Of a stretch of DNA of 64,000 nucleotides, positions 47,333 through 56,565 are shown one piece after another (the first letter of the stretch is position 1; every line of letters begins with the position of its first letter). This DNA comes from a virus. The notes beneath the pieces were generated by a model. It was not told the DNA's origin and made no database searches. It saw only the letters and a program-made list of their open reading frames with translations. A program made the translations under genes and the position numbers. The stretch is from positions 1-64,000 of the IMG/VR virus record IMGVR_UViG_3300026488_000018; one strand, 5' to 3'.

Positions 47333-49505
47333 ACTTACGTATTTTACTGTTAATAGGGATGATGATGTTTTTGTCCGAGTGATGGGTATTGAAGATGGTG
47401 AAGTTTTTATAGTTGACGCGCCAATTAGAGATTATTTGTTTATAGATAAGGATATATCGCAAAGTGTTAAGGATAAAATCAAGAGTTTAGGAGGTATTTT
47501 TGTTAATGTTGATATGCGTACAGGTGATGAATATAAGAAGCCAGTTGTTAAAGTGGAACTTAGCGAACCAAGTGCAAACGAGTATGTGTCAAGATTAGCG
47601 AAGTTGCACAATGTTGGAGTTTATGAGGATGGTATAAGTTTTACGCGCAGGCTGTTTATTGATGAGATTGCGCAAGTTAAGTATAGGGATTTTGTGTTTT
47701 TTGATATTGAAACTGACAGTAGTTTTGGATTTCCTAAGGAATATGGCAAGTACCCGTTTTTGAGTATTTCTGTATGGGCAAGTGATGGTTCGTGGAGTGA
47801 TTGGTTTTACATAAAGGATTATGATTCGGAACAGGATATGCTGAGGGATTTTATAGCACTGTTACAGAAGAAGAAAATAAGTTTTGTTGTTGGGTGGAAT
47901 GTTGATTTCGATTATTTCCATACGAAGGAGAGATTGAAGTATTTTGGCATGTATGACGAAATGCGGTATTGGCGATTGGTATCAAGATTGGATTTAATGG
48001 AGCAATATAAGAAGGCTCGCCCCGGGTTGGGGAGTTACAGTTTGCATAATGTTAGTATTGAGGAGGGATTTTCGAGGATTAAGGAAATGACTAAGCTACC
48101 ACACGAGATGACGAGGCAGGAGTTGTATGAATATAACATGTATGATAGTGAGATTTTACAGTTGATTAATGATAGGTATCAACTTGTTGACGTTGCAAAA
48201 GAGGTTGCTCATTATGTTAATTTACCAATGAGTGCAGCTCAATCTACTGTTGCGCGATTGGAAACTAAGATGTTTAGACGGTTACACGAACTGGGTTATG
48301 TTGGCGTAAGAAGAAATGTTAATGTTGGTGATGTTGATTATCAGGGTGCAATTGTTTTAGACCCAGTTCCCGGTGTTCACAAAAATGTTATTGTTATAGA
48401 TTTTAGGTCACTGTATCCCACAACGATTATTAACAAGAATATTGATATTCGTGGGTTCAACGGCGAGGTATTTCCATATGTAGTGAAGGAAGCGCTGGAT
48501 AATAGGTTGAAACATAAACTCAAGTGGAAGGAATATGAAAAGAAGGCAGAAGAGTGTAAAGAGGGGGGTGACGACGAGTGTGCGAAGGAATATGAACGAT
48601 TAGCTTTTATTGAGAAGTTGAAGAGTGACGCTCTTAAGATTGTTGTGAATGGTTATTATGGTGCGAATGCAAACAAGTATTATTATTTCTTCGACCCTGA
48701 TGTTGCGGCTGCAATTACAGCAGGCGGCCGAGAAATGCTGATGAAAACCAAAAAATATTTGGAGGATGTGTGGAAATTCCAAATAATTTATGGCGACACT
48801 GATTCATTGTTTGTGAAAGTTGATGACGCATTTAAGGGTAAAGATGTCGATAAACATGAGATTGAGGAGTTCGCGGAGATTATTGCAGCAGATGTAAATG
48901 AATATGTTAAGCCATGGGTAGTTGACGTTGACAAGTTAATCCGCCGTATTATCTTTTTGAGCGATAAAAAGGGAAGGGGTATTAAGAAGAGGTATGCGTA
49001 TGTTGATTTTGACGGGAAGATTAAGATTAAAGGATTGGAAGTTGTTAAAGGTGATTGGCCAAAGTTGACGAAGTGGCTTCAGATGGAAATATTGAAGAAG
49101 ATTTTGTTGGAAGATGCGAGTAGAAAGGATATAATGTTATTTGTCAAGGATGTGAAGCGCAGGATGTATAATGGCGAGTTCGACGAATGGTTGATTATAA
49201 CGAAGAATCTATCAAGAGAAGTTCATGAGTATGACCAGGGTAGGAAGTTACCTCCGCATGTTACTGCGTATATTAAGGCTGAACAACGTGGAACACCATT
49301 TGCAACGCGCCAGGTATCGTTTGTTTGGACTGTAGGGAAAGAGCGCGGTGTTCCCGAGCCGGAGCCGGTTGTGAGAGTGAGTGATGTAAAGAAGTATAGG
49401 CTTGATTATGATTATTATTGGGAGCATGTTATTTATCCGCCAGCAAAGAGAGTTATAGATAGCGTTTATCCCGTAAATATGTCGATTTTGAATTGGATTA
49501 AGTAG
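47304..49505 (+). CDS. polB: Family B DNA polymerase
   Basis: Exo DIETD, GWNVDFD, YNMYD; pol DFRSLYP, KIVVNGYYG, YGDTDS, KKRY, KGLE. Confidence 0.95.
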   Translation: MMKKITTNGELTYFTVNRDDDVFVRVMGIEDGEVFIVDAPIRDYLFIDKDISQSVKDKIKSLGGIFVNVDMRTGDEYKKPVVKVELSEPSANEYVSRLAKLHNVGVYEDGISFTRRLFIDEIAQVKYRDFVFFDIETDSSFGFPKEYGKYPFLSISVWASDGSWSDWFYIKDYDSEQDMLRDFIALLQKKKISFVVGWNVDFDYFHTKERLKYFGMYDEMRYWRLVSRLDLMEQYKKARPGLGSYSLHNVSIEEGFSRIKEMTKLPHEMTRQELYEYNMYDSEILQLINDRYQLVDVAKEVAHYVNLPMSAAQSTVARLETKMFRRLHELGYVGVRRNVNVGDVDYQGAIVLDPVPGVHKNVIVIDFRSLYPTTIINKNIDIRGFNGEVFPYVVKEALDNRLKHKLKWKEYEKKAEECKEGGDDECAKEYERLAFIEKLKSDALKIVVNGYYGANANKYYYFFDPDVAAAITAGGREMLMKTKKYLEDVWKFQIIYGDTDSLFVKVDDAFKGKDVDKHEIEEFAEIIAADVNEYVKPWVVDVDKLIRRIIFLSDKKGRGIKKRYAYVDFDGKIKIKGLEVVKGDWPKLTKWLQMEILKKILLEDASRKDIMLFVKDVKRRMYNGEFDEWLIITKNLSREVHEYDQGRKLPPHVTAYIKAEQRGTPFATRQVSFVWTVGKERGVPEPEPVVRVSDVKKYRLDYDYYWEHVIYPPAKRVIDSVYPVNMSILNWIK

Positions 49506-49556
49506 GATAAAGCTTTATAAATGAGTTTGTGGTATATAGGTTGGAGGTGTTTGTTA

Positions 49557-50351
49557 ATGGAGAGGCCTTCTGTGGAGGAAATTAGGAAGTTTCTTAGGGA
49601 GAATTACGGTCCCGAATGGGAGGACAGGATTGAGCTCGGGTATAAGTTGTGGGAAAAGAGGTATGGGAAGAGGAATTATTCCGGAAGCATAAATACAAAT
49701 GCAAGGTACACACCAATACATGTAAGTGAGCTTAGGGATAGAATACTCGCAGAGATTGAGGGTATTGTCATTGAGAAGGATGAGTTTTCGTATTGGGGTT
49801 GTCCGGTATGTTTTAGGAGTGCGAATAAGGGTTGCCAGCATTTGGACAATGGTGAAGTTGAGCCGGTTGTTTTGACTGTTGAGAAGATGGTTGTAAATGA
49901 TGGTACGGGTGATTTAACTGTATCAAAGATTTTTAAGCCGGACGAGCCGAATATAGTTGAGAATATTTCGATAGGTGATTTGATTAAGGTCCGCGGGTAC
50001 GTGCGTATTAATGGCGACGAGAAGAGGCTGTATCTTAATGAAGTTGAGATAGTGAAAGCAGTTCCGAGAGATGAAGAAGATGTTGATGTTCAGGTGAGGG
50101 GGAATCTTACTAAGCAAGATGATGTCTCAAGTGGAGAGACACAACAGTCAAACAATCAGTCAACGGTAATTCGTATAGATGATTTAGCCGAGCCACTGAA
50201 AGGCTTTCTGCGGTATCTCTCCAATACGGGTGGTATGAAGAAGAGTGTTGCTGAGGCTGTTATGGACAGGAAGGGGCTTACATGGGATGATGTGAAGGAT
50301 TATGTTGAAATTAAGGATGATACAGTTGTTCTTAAGGAGGGTATAATATGA
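49557..50351 (+). CDS. RPA-like ssDNA-binding protein (OB fold + Zn finger)
   Basis: YWGCPVC...C.H, VNDGTG, IGDLIKVRG; promoter-like 49514-49536. Confidence 0.7.
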   Translation: MERPSVEEIRKFLRENYGPEWEDRIELGYKLWEKRYGKRNYSGSINTNARYTPIHVSELRDRILAEIEGIVIEKDEFSYWGCPVCFRSANKGCQHLDNGEVEPVVLTVEKMVVNDGTGDLTVSKIFKPDEPNIVENISIGDLIKVRGYVRINGDEKRLYLNEVEIVKAVPRDEEDVDVQVRGNLTKQDDVSSGETQQSNNQSTVIRIDDLAEPLKGFLRYLSNTGGMKKSVAEAVMDRKGLTWDDVKDYVEIKDDTVVLKEGII

Positions 50352-51190
50352 ACTTTGAACAATGGCTCGAGAGGAGGTATATTTCTCATTTTATGATGGA
50401 TGCAATTGATTGGGACCGCACGGGTGAGCACGTTACGGATTATGCTCACCCTTGTCCCCGTCAAATTTATTACAAGTTGATTATGCGTAGAAAGGACCCA
50501 ACGATAGAGAAGAGGTTAATAGATGAGAGCAAGGCTAACATTTTTTGGCTGGGTAAGAAGTATCACGAAATACCACTGAGTAACGTTGTATTTAAGAATG
50601 GTAGAATAACTGTTGTTAACGATGTATGGGAACATTATACCGTGGAAGATACAGATGAGGGGTTTAAGGTTTATGATGACAATGGGTTGTATCTTGGTAT
50701 TTGGGGCCATGAATTTCCAATTTATGATGAGGATTTAAATATTCAGGGAAGAATTGATGACCTTGTATGGTTCGACGGGAAATTGTATATTGTAGATAAG
50801 AAGACTGCATCATATATTCCAAGTGAACCGTATGAGCAGTATAAGAATCAAGTCAGAATTTATGCAGGCCTTTTGCACAAGAATGTTGGTATTGATGCTG
50901 ATGAGGGGGCGATTTTGTTTATTCGAAAGAAGGATATGGTTACGCGCGCTTTCACGTTTGAATTGGGTGATTTGGATAAACTATATGAGTGGTTTAAGGA
51001 TAGGGTGTTAACTATTCGCGAGATGATTGAGAAGAGGGAGTTACCCGGGAAGGTTGAGGGGAAATGGTGCCAATGGTGTGATTTTAGAGGTTTATGCGAG
51101 ATGGATGCAGTAGATGTTCCGCTAAATATGGATAAACTTTATTACAATAGACCAAAACAGTCAACATTGTTAGAGGTGGTGAAGAAGTGA
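50348..51190 (+). CDS. Cas4-like PD-(D/E)XK exonuclease
   Basis: CPRQ, GKKYH, GRIDD, VDKKT, QVRIY, C..C.F...C. Confidence 0.85.
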   Translation: MNFEQWLERRYISHFMMDAIDWDRTGEHVTDYAHPCPRQIYYKLIMRRKDPTIEKRLIDESKANIFWLGKKYHEIPLSNVVFKNGRITVVNDVWEHYTVEDTDEGFKVYDDNGLYLGIWGHEFPIYDEDLNIQGRIDDLVWFDGKLYIVDKKTASYIPSEPYEQYKNQVRIYAGLLHKNVGIDADEGAILFIRKKDMVTRAFTFELGDLDKLYEWFKDRVLTIREMIEKRELPGKVEGKWCQWCDFRGLCEMDAVDVPLNMDKLYYNRPKQSTLLEVVKK

Positions 51191-51948
51191 TTATAGTTGA
51201 TAAACAAGAGGTTGCTGGGTTGAAGCGGGCAATTAATGCAGTTAAATCGGATAATAAAAAGCACGATAGACAGCAGAAACTCGATGCATTACTTAGTATT
51301 GCTGATGAGGTTAAAGATTTGAGGGTTGACTATATTATTATTGGGGAGGAGAAGGCGTATTGTTGTGAGAGAAAAGAGATTTCTGATATGCTTGGAGCTT
51401 TGCGCGAGGGAAGGTTTTGGAACCAGCTTAGGAATTTACATATTGAATGTGAAGAAATTAGAAAGAAGTACGGTGTGGAAGCTTATCCAATTTTAATATT
51501 GGAAGGTAATGAATATGCCCAGATGAGGAAGAAGCGAGGGAGGTTAACATATAACCAATGGATTGGAATACTCGCCGGCATTGCTGAGATGGGTATTGGA
51601 CTTATTAAGACAGGAAGTTTTGATGGGACAATTAGCGCATTGAAGTTGTTGGATAAGAGGGTGGGGAAGAGTTCCACGAAGTATAGTAGAGTTCCAATTA
51701 AGAAGGAATTATTTAACTCAATTGACGAGGAAGCTGTACATATGCTAGGTGTTATTAAGAATGTTGGAGTAAAGAAAGCATTGAAGTTACTTAGGAAGTA
51801 TGGTTCAGTTTATGATGTTGTTATGCTTGATGTTGATACTCTAAAAAAAGAACTCGGTCAGAAGACTGGTGAACATGTATATGAGGTAATACATTTCAAT
51901 TTTAAGGAAAATAAAACTCTCGAGGATTATGTGAAGAGAGGTGGTTGA
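51187..51948 (+). CDS. ERCC4/XPF-type nuclease with HhH motif
   Basis: IIVD..E, DY, ERKEISD, GRFWNQ, LILEG; IKNVGVKKA HhH. Confidence 0.85.
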   Translation: MIIVDKQEVAGLKRAINAVKSDNKKHDRQQKLDALLSIADEVKDLRVDYIIIGEEKAYCCERKEISDMLGALREGRFWNQLRNLHIECEEIRKKYGVEAYPILILEGNEYAQMRKKRGRLTYNQWIGILAGIAEMGIGLIKTGSFDGTISALKLLDKRVGKSSTKYSRVPIKKELFNSIDEEAVHMLGVIKNVGVKKALKLLRKYGSVYDVVMLDVDTLKKELGQKTGEHVYEVIHFNFKENKTLEDYVKRGG

Positions 51949-52261
51949 GATGCGTGTTATTGAGCTGGAGGGGGAGTATAGATATGAGTATCCATTTTTA
52001 GTGCGAGGTGTTAGTGGTAGAATGGAGTTTGTGTTTAAGGGTTTTAACCCACCGGCTTTTATTGGAGATATGATGGAAGAAATATGGAACACGGAGTATG
52101 TGAATGTCATTGATATGGAAAATAAGATAAAGAACATTGTTGTTAAGTATGTCAGTGATGATATAAGTGAGTTTAGCGTATCTTTTGTTTATGGAAATAG
52201 AACTGACGTATTTAGGTGGGTGGTTGATTTTGATGATATGGGGGACGAGGAAGAAGATTGA
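51941..52261 (+). CDS. Hypothetical protein (possible degenerate T-fold)
   Basis: Size and secondary-structure pattern only. Confidence 0.5.
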   Translation: MVEMRVIELEGEYRYEYPFLVRGVSGRMEFVFKGFNPPAFIGDMMEEIWNTEYVNVIDMENKIKNIVVKYVSDDISEFSVSFVYGNRTDVFRWVVDFDDMGDEEED

Positions 52262-52742
52262 TTTACAGTTAGGTGAGGATGATTATGTTGGTCTAATGAA
52301 TGTTAGTTCTGAACACGGGTTTGAGGTAACTAAAGATTATGTTGGCAATTTAGATGATGAGTTGGCGCGGGTACCGTATTTCGGGGTTGTTCAGGAGAAT
52401 GATGGCTGGGATAATGATGAGCCACATGTAATTTTTTCCAGGAATGGCCAAATATTTTTTGCCTTTGGTGAGCCAAAATACATGTTGGAAAGAATAGTAA
52501 GGAATGTGTTAAAAGGTGGTTATAAAAAGTTCGCGAATATTAATACAGATTATAATATGGCTTTAGTTGTGGGTAGCCAAGAAGACGGTAGGATTAAACA
52601 CGTTTATTTGGTTCACAATGCAGGCAGAATGTTTTATAATGACTGGATATATTCAAACGCTACAGTGACTGCTGACATGAAAGAACTGCTCCCGCGTATT
52701 GTTTATGATTGGTGGAATGACGTTGTTGTATGGAGGTGGTAA
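52233..52742 (+). CDS. Degenerate paralogue of the class II GATase (no N-terminal Cys)
   Basis: Shares WD..P..F...G...FG and IVYDWWND with 54018. Confidence 0.65.
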   Translation: MIWGTRKKIDLQLGEDDYVGLMNVSSEHGFEVTKDYVGNLDDELARVPYFGVVQENDGWDNDEPHVIFSRNGQIFFAFGEPKYMLERIVRNVLKGGYKKFANINTDYNMALVVGSQEDGRIKHVYLVHNAGRMFYNDWIYSNATVTADMKELLPRIVYDWWNDVVVWRW

Positions 52743-52978
52743 TAATGATAGGGAAGGGAATTTTTAAGATTGATGATTATATAAGGTTTGGAGAGATGAT
52801 AGATTGTATGGTTGAAAACGGCGCAGTTAATTTTATTTTGGTTCCAAAGAAGAATATGTTGGTTGTTGCGTGTAGACTGAGGGATAAGGATAAAGTGATT
52901 AAATGCGCAGAGGATTTTAGCATTGATGGTATTACAGTGAGAGGCGGAATGTCGTGGATAAAGATTAAACTGGGGTGA
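52730..52978 (+). CDS. Hypothetical protein
   Basis: Coupled ORF. Confidence 0.55.
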   Translation: MEVVIMIGKGIFKIDDYIRFGEMIDCMVENGAVNFILVPKKNMLVVACRLRDKDKVIKCAEDFSIDGITVRGGMSWIKIKLG

Positions 52979-53178
52979 AGTTAATGGTTTTCGCTGATGT
53001 TAGATTTAAGCGAAACGGACATGTTAAGTTTTATACAGATGGGGATAATATTGTTGCAGATTTAGGGGTTATTAAGTTGTATAAGAAGATGAATGGAAGT
53101 TCTTTTAGAGAGTTGATACATGAGTTTGCTGTTGATATGGACGATGAGATTGTTGAGGAGGTTGTTGTAGATGAGTAA
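52975..53178 (+). CDS. Hypothetical protein
   Basis: GTGA-coupled ORF. Confidence 0.55.
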   Translation: MKLMVFADVRFKRNGHVKFYTDGDNIVADLGVIKLYKKMNGSSFRELIHEFAVDMDDEIVEEVVVDE

Positions 53179-54004
53179 GGTTGTTATGGGACTTAGCGGA
53201 GGATTGGATAGTGTAACTTTGATGCATTATTATGCTAAATTGAAGAATTGGGAAGTATACCCAGTATTTTTCTATTATGGTCAGAAGCATGGTGTTGAGT
53301 GGAGGTATGCAAAGGAGAATGTTAAGATTTTGCAAGATGAAGGGTATAACGTCCACGACCTTATAGGAGTTGATATGAGCTTTTATAGCGACTTTATAGC
53401 AGGGTATTCTAATTTGGTTGAAGGAGGAGATGATGTACCAAGACTTGAAGATGTTTTGGGGGAGCCGAATGTTCCGACTTATGTTCCTTTTAGGAATGCA
53501 ATATTTGCGATGTTGCTTGCGGGTTATGCAGAATCTCATGGCGCAGAGTACGTGTCACTTGGTATTGAACAAGTTGATGCTTATTCGGGGTATTGGGATA
53601 CGACGCTGGAATTTGCGAGAAGGGTGGATGAGGTGTTTGAGCTTAATAGACAAAATAGGATTCACTTGATTGCACCGTTTGTGACACTCGATAAGGCAAA
53701 GGAAATAATTATCGGATATAATATTGGTGTTGATTATAGTAAGACTTGGACGAGTTATAAGGTTGCTGGTGTAGATGAAGATGGGAATCCGATAGCATGG
53801 ACAGATGCGCCAAATTCGAGGGAGAGAATACTCGCATTTGCAAAAGTGGGGTTGAGAGACCCAATCAAGTATGACAGGGAGATAGATTGGGATAAGCTAA
53901 TTGAGATGTATCAGAGATATGATGTTAAGAGGGATTTTAAGAAAGTGTTATCCGAAGTTGAAAAGAATTTGGAGTGCCAGTTAAGCAAGAAATGGTATTG
54001 TTGA
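53171..54004 (+). CDS. queC: 7-cyano-7-deazaguanine synthase
   Basis: SGGLDS, YGQKH, TYVPFRNAIF, GYWD, APF..LDK motifs. Confidence 0.92.
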   Translation: MSKVVMGLSGGLDSVTLMHYYAKLKNWEVYPVFFYYGQKHGVEWRYAKENVKILQDEGYNVHDLIGVDMSFYSDFIAGYSNLVEGGDDVPRLEDVLGEPNVPTYVPFRNAIFAMLLAGYAESHGAEYVSLGIEQVDAYSGYWDTTLEFARRVDEVFELNRQNRIHLIAPFVTLDKAKEIIIGYNIGVDYSKTWTSYKVAGVDEDGNPIAWTDAPNSRERILAFAKVGLRDPIKYDREIDWDKLIEMYQRYDVKRDFKKVLSEVEKNLECQLSKKWYC

Positions 54005-54017
54005 GGGGGATTGTACA

Positions 54018-54653
54018 ATGTGCGGTATTGTTGGTTTTAAGGAGTATGTTTCTAATTTTATGGAGGTTTTGGAGAGGAATTCACAGCGTGGTGGGTATTC
54101 TTTCGGCTGTGTCATGTTTGATAGTGGGGCAGATGTTATAAAGGCAAGACATGACAGGTGGAAGGATTTGATAAAAGATGTGAAGTTTCCATTTTTTGCC
54201 CAATTTAGGGCACCAACAACGGGGGAACAGGATGAATTTAGGTGGGACGAAAATTATCCACTAATTTTCGAAAAAGATGGGTATGATGTTTATGTATTTG
54301 GTAATTGTGTAACGAACGATGAATGGTTTAAGAGAGTGAAGGATGAAGATAATAATAACGACATTTACTATATAGGCAAAAATGTTTTAAACAGGGGTTG
54401 GAGTTATTTAAGTGAAATTGAGGGTGTGTTTGCACTGGTGTTTGTGTTTGCTAAAGGAAACAGGGTTGAAAGGGTTATAATGGCGAGGAATACGTATCCG
54501 CTGTATTACAATGAAGTGTTTTATAGTTCGGTTAAATTTGAAGGCCAGAAACCACTGCGCAACGGTATTGTTTATGACTGGTGGAATGATGAAGTGATAG
54601 ATGAATTTGAGCCATGGGATGTTCCATATTTGCTTGAGGAGGTGTTTGGATGA
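54018..54653 (+). CDS. Stand-alone class II (Ntn) glutamine amidotransferase, Gat-QueC-like partner
   Basis: MCGIVG N-terminus, NSQRG..SFG, RAPT, EGVFA, ARN.YPL. Confidence 0.8.
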   Translation: MCGIVGFKEYVSNFMEVLERNSQRGGYSFGCVMFDSGADVIKARHDRWKDLIKDVKFPFFAQFRAPTTGEQDEFRWDENYPLIFEKDGYDVYVFGNCVTNDEWFKRVKDEDNNNDIYYIGKNVLNRGWSYLSEIEGVFALVFVFAKGNRVERVIMARNTYPLYYNEVFYSSVKFEGQKPLRNGIVYDWWNDEVIDEFEPWDVPYLLEEVFG

Positions 54654-55366
54654 TTCTTACAGAGCCAATTGATGAGAAGTTGGATAAGATACCATTGAGT
54701 GAAGTGTTTGAGAGTATTCAGGGTGAAGGTCCTTTTATGGGCCGTAGAGCATTATTTATACGCTTTGCCGGTTGTAATTTGGCAAATGTTTGCAAGTCAT
54801 GTGATACAGATTTCCGGGCGCGTATGTTTGTCACTAAGGAGTGGATTGTTCAGAGAATAATGGATTATGTTAATAAGGGCGGATGGCTTGTTGTATTTAC
54901 TGGCGGTGAACCAGGACTGTATAAGCATGTTATAGATGATATTGTTTGGGAGGTTAAGTGTAAGTCACCCAAGGATGTTCAGTTTCAAGTAGAAACGAAC
55001 GGTATTATTAAGATGGGCGATGAGTTTATCGTGCAGGGCGGTATTGTTGTTGTTAGCCCAAAGAAGGGGTTTGAGGAGTACGCATTGAAGAATTACGCTG
55101 GTAAGAATTATGCTCATTTCAAGGTTGTTGTTGGTGCTCCTAAAGATGACCCAGCATTCTGGAGTTGTGATGAAGGCGAAGGATTTATAAATAAGTTTTT
55201 GGAAGAACATTCAAAGAGTAACGTTTGGGTGATGCCGTGGGGTGGAGATGAAGAAACTTTGAAACGGACGAGACGTTGCGCTTGGGAGATGGCTGTCAGG
55301 TTGGGTATTAATTATTCGGATAGGCTTCACGTTGTTACGTATGGTGAAAGTATTTCGGGGGTGTGA
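54650..55366 (+). CDS. queE: 7-carboxy-7-deazaguanine synthase (radical SAM)
   Basis: EVFESIQGEG, FIRFAGCNLANVCKSCDT, FTGGEP, VETNG, VSPK, RLH. Confidence 0.93.
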   Translation: MILTEPIDEKLDKIPLSEVFESIQGEGPFMGRRALFIRFAGCNLANVCKSCDTDFRARMFVTKEWIVQRIMDYVNKGGWLVVFTGGEPGLYKHVIDDIVWEVKCKSPKDVQFQVETNGIIKMGDEFIVQGGIVVVSPKKGFEEYALKNYAGKNYAHFKVVVGAPKDDPAFWSCDEGEGFINKFLEEHSKSNVWVMPWGGDEETLKRTRRCAWEMAVRLGINYSDRLHVVTYGESISGV

Positions 55367-55848
55367 TTATGGAGAGTGTCAATGGTTTTAAGATTGTGGA
55401 TAATGAATATCTTGAGTGGAGCGATGATTTTGATTCAGGGCATTTCTTGTTTTTCGATTATCCAAGTAAATGTAGAAGACCACATGGACATTCGTTTGAA
55501 ATAAAGGTTAAAATTTGGGGGGTCCCGAACGAGAACGGTGTAATTTTTGATTTTAATCACCTAAAGGAAATAGTGAAAGAACTCGACCATAAGATGTTTA
55601 TACCCGAGAGAGCAGTGGTTAAGAGAGAAGATGGTTTTGTTGAAGTTGTCACACAGAATGGTGGGTATTTGAAATTGCCAGAGAACGAGGTTATTATCGT
55701 GCCGTATAAGAATGTAACGAGCGAATTTTTAAGTAGGTTTGTTTTGAGACTTATTGCTGAAAAGGCGGGTTATAATGTTAACCACATTGAGGTTTGTATT
55801 AAGGAAGATAAGAGAAGTATGGTCTGTGCTGAGGCTTATAGGGGGTGA
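55363..55848 (+). CDS. queD: 6-carboxy-5,6,7,8-tetrahydropterin synthase
   Basis: FDSGH, CRRPHGH, DFNHLK, LDH, TSE motifs. Confidence 0.92.
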   Translation: MIMESVNGFKIVDNEYLEWSDDFDSGHFLFFDYPSKCRRPHGHSFEIKVKIWGVPNENGVIFDFNHLKEIVKELDHKMFIPERAVVKREDGFVEVVTQNGGYLKLPENEVIIVPYKNVTSEFLSRFVLRLIAEKAGYNVNHIEVCIKEDKRSMVCAEAYRG

Positions 55849-55854
55849 GTTGTT

Positions 55855-56457
55855 ATGAGTAATGTTAAACCAAGGGAAAGGGTTGTTGAAGCCATGAGGG
55901 TTCTTGTTGAGACTCTTAATAAGGAGTATGGTTGGTTTAATAAAGAAGAGCTGGAGAATACCCCAATAAGAGTTGCGAAATTCTTTGAAGAGTGGTATCA
56001 GATGGCAAAGGAAAATGTTGAGGAGCATATAAAGACATTTGAGACGACCTATGACGGGTTTGTTATGGACACACATATTCCGGTTATTGGAATGTGTAGT
56101 CATCACATGCTTCCTATTATCGGTGAAATGCATATTGTTTATATACCAGGTACTGATGAAGACGGGAAACTTAAGGTTGTTGGACTTTCGAAGCTTAGTA
56201 GAATTGCAAAGAGACATATGTATCAGCCCATGATTCAGGAGGAGTTTACGGAGAAAGTTCTTAATGATTTGATTGAAGAGATTAATCCGATGTGGGCTAT
56301 GGTGGTTGTGAAAGCTCAACATGATTGTAAGAGGATTCGTGGTGCAAGAGATATTAATTCAGAGATGATTACCGTTAGAATTTGGCCTAATAACGAGAAG
56401 GGGCGCGAACTTGAAAAGAAGGCTATTGAGTATTTGAAGCTCGCTGGCGTTCTTTGA
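55855..56457 (+). CDS. folE: GTP cyclohydrolase I
   Basis: TPIRVA, CSHHMLP, GLSKLSR, IQEE, HDC..IRG. Confidence 0.93.
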   Translation: MSNVKPRERVVEAMRVLVETLNKEYGWFNKEELENTPIRVAKFFEEWYQMAKENVEEHIKTFETTYDGFVMDTHIPVIGMCSHHMLPIIGEMHIVYIPGTDEDGKLKVVGLSKLSRIAKRHMYQPMIQEEFTEKVLNDLIEEINPMWAMVVVKAQHDCKRIRGARDINSEMITVRIWPNNEKGRELEKKAIEYLKLAGVL

Positions 56458-56565
56458 GGCGTAAAATACACCCAAGATTTTTGAATTTTTGTTTTATTTT
56501 TTACACATTGTATGTTAAAAACTTTTGTCGAGTATTGTTATTGACGGTTATCAGGGGGAGATATA

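Noticed and set aside
50348-51190. CRISPR-Cas locus suggested by the Cas4-like gene
   Set aside because: No repeat-spacer array or other cas genes; solo Cas4-like nucleases are common in archaeal virus replication modules
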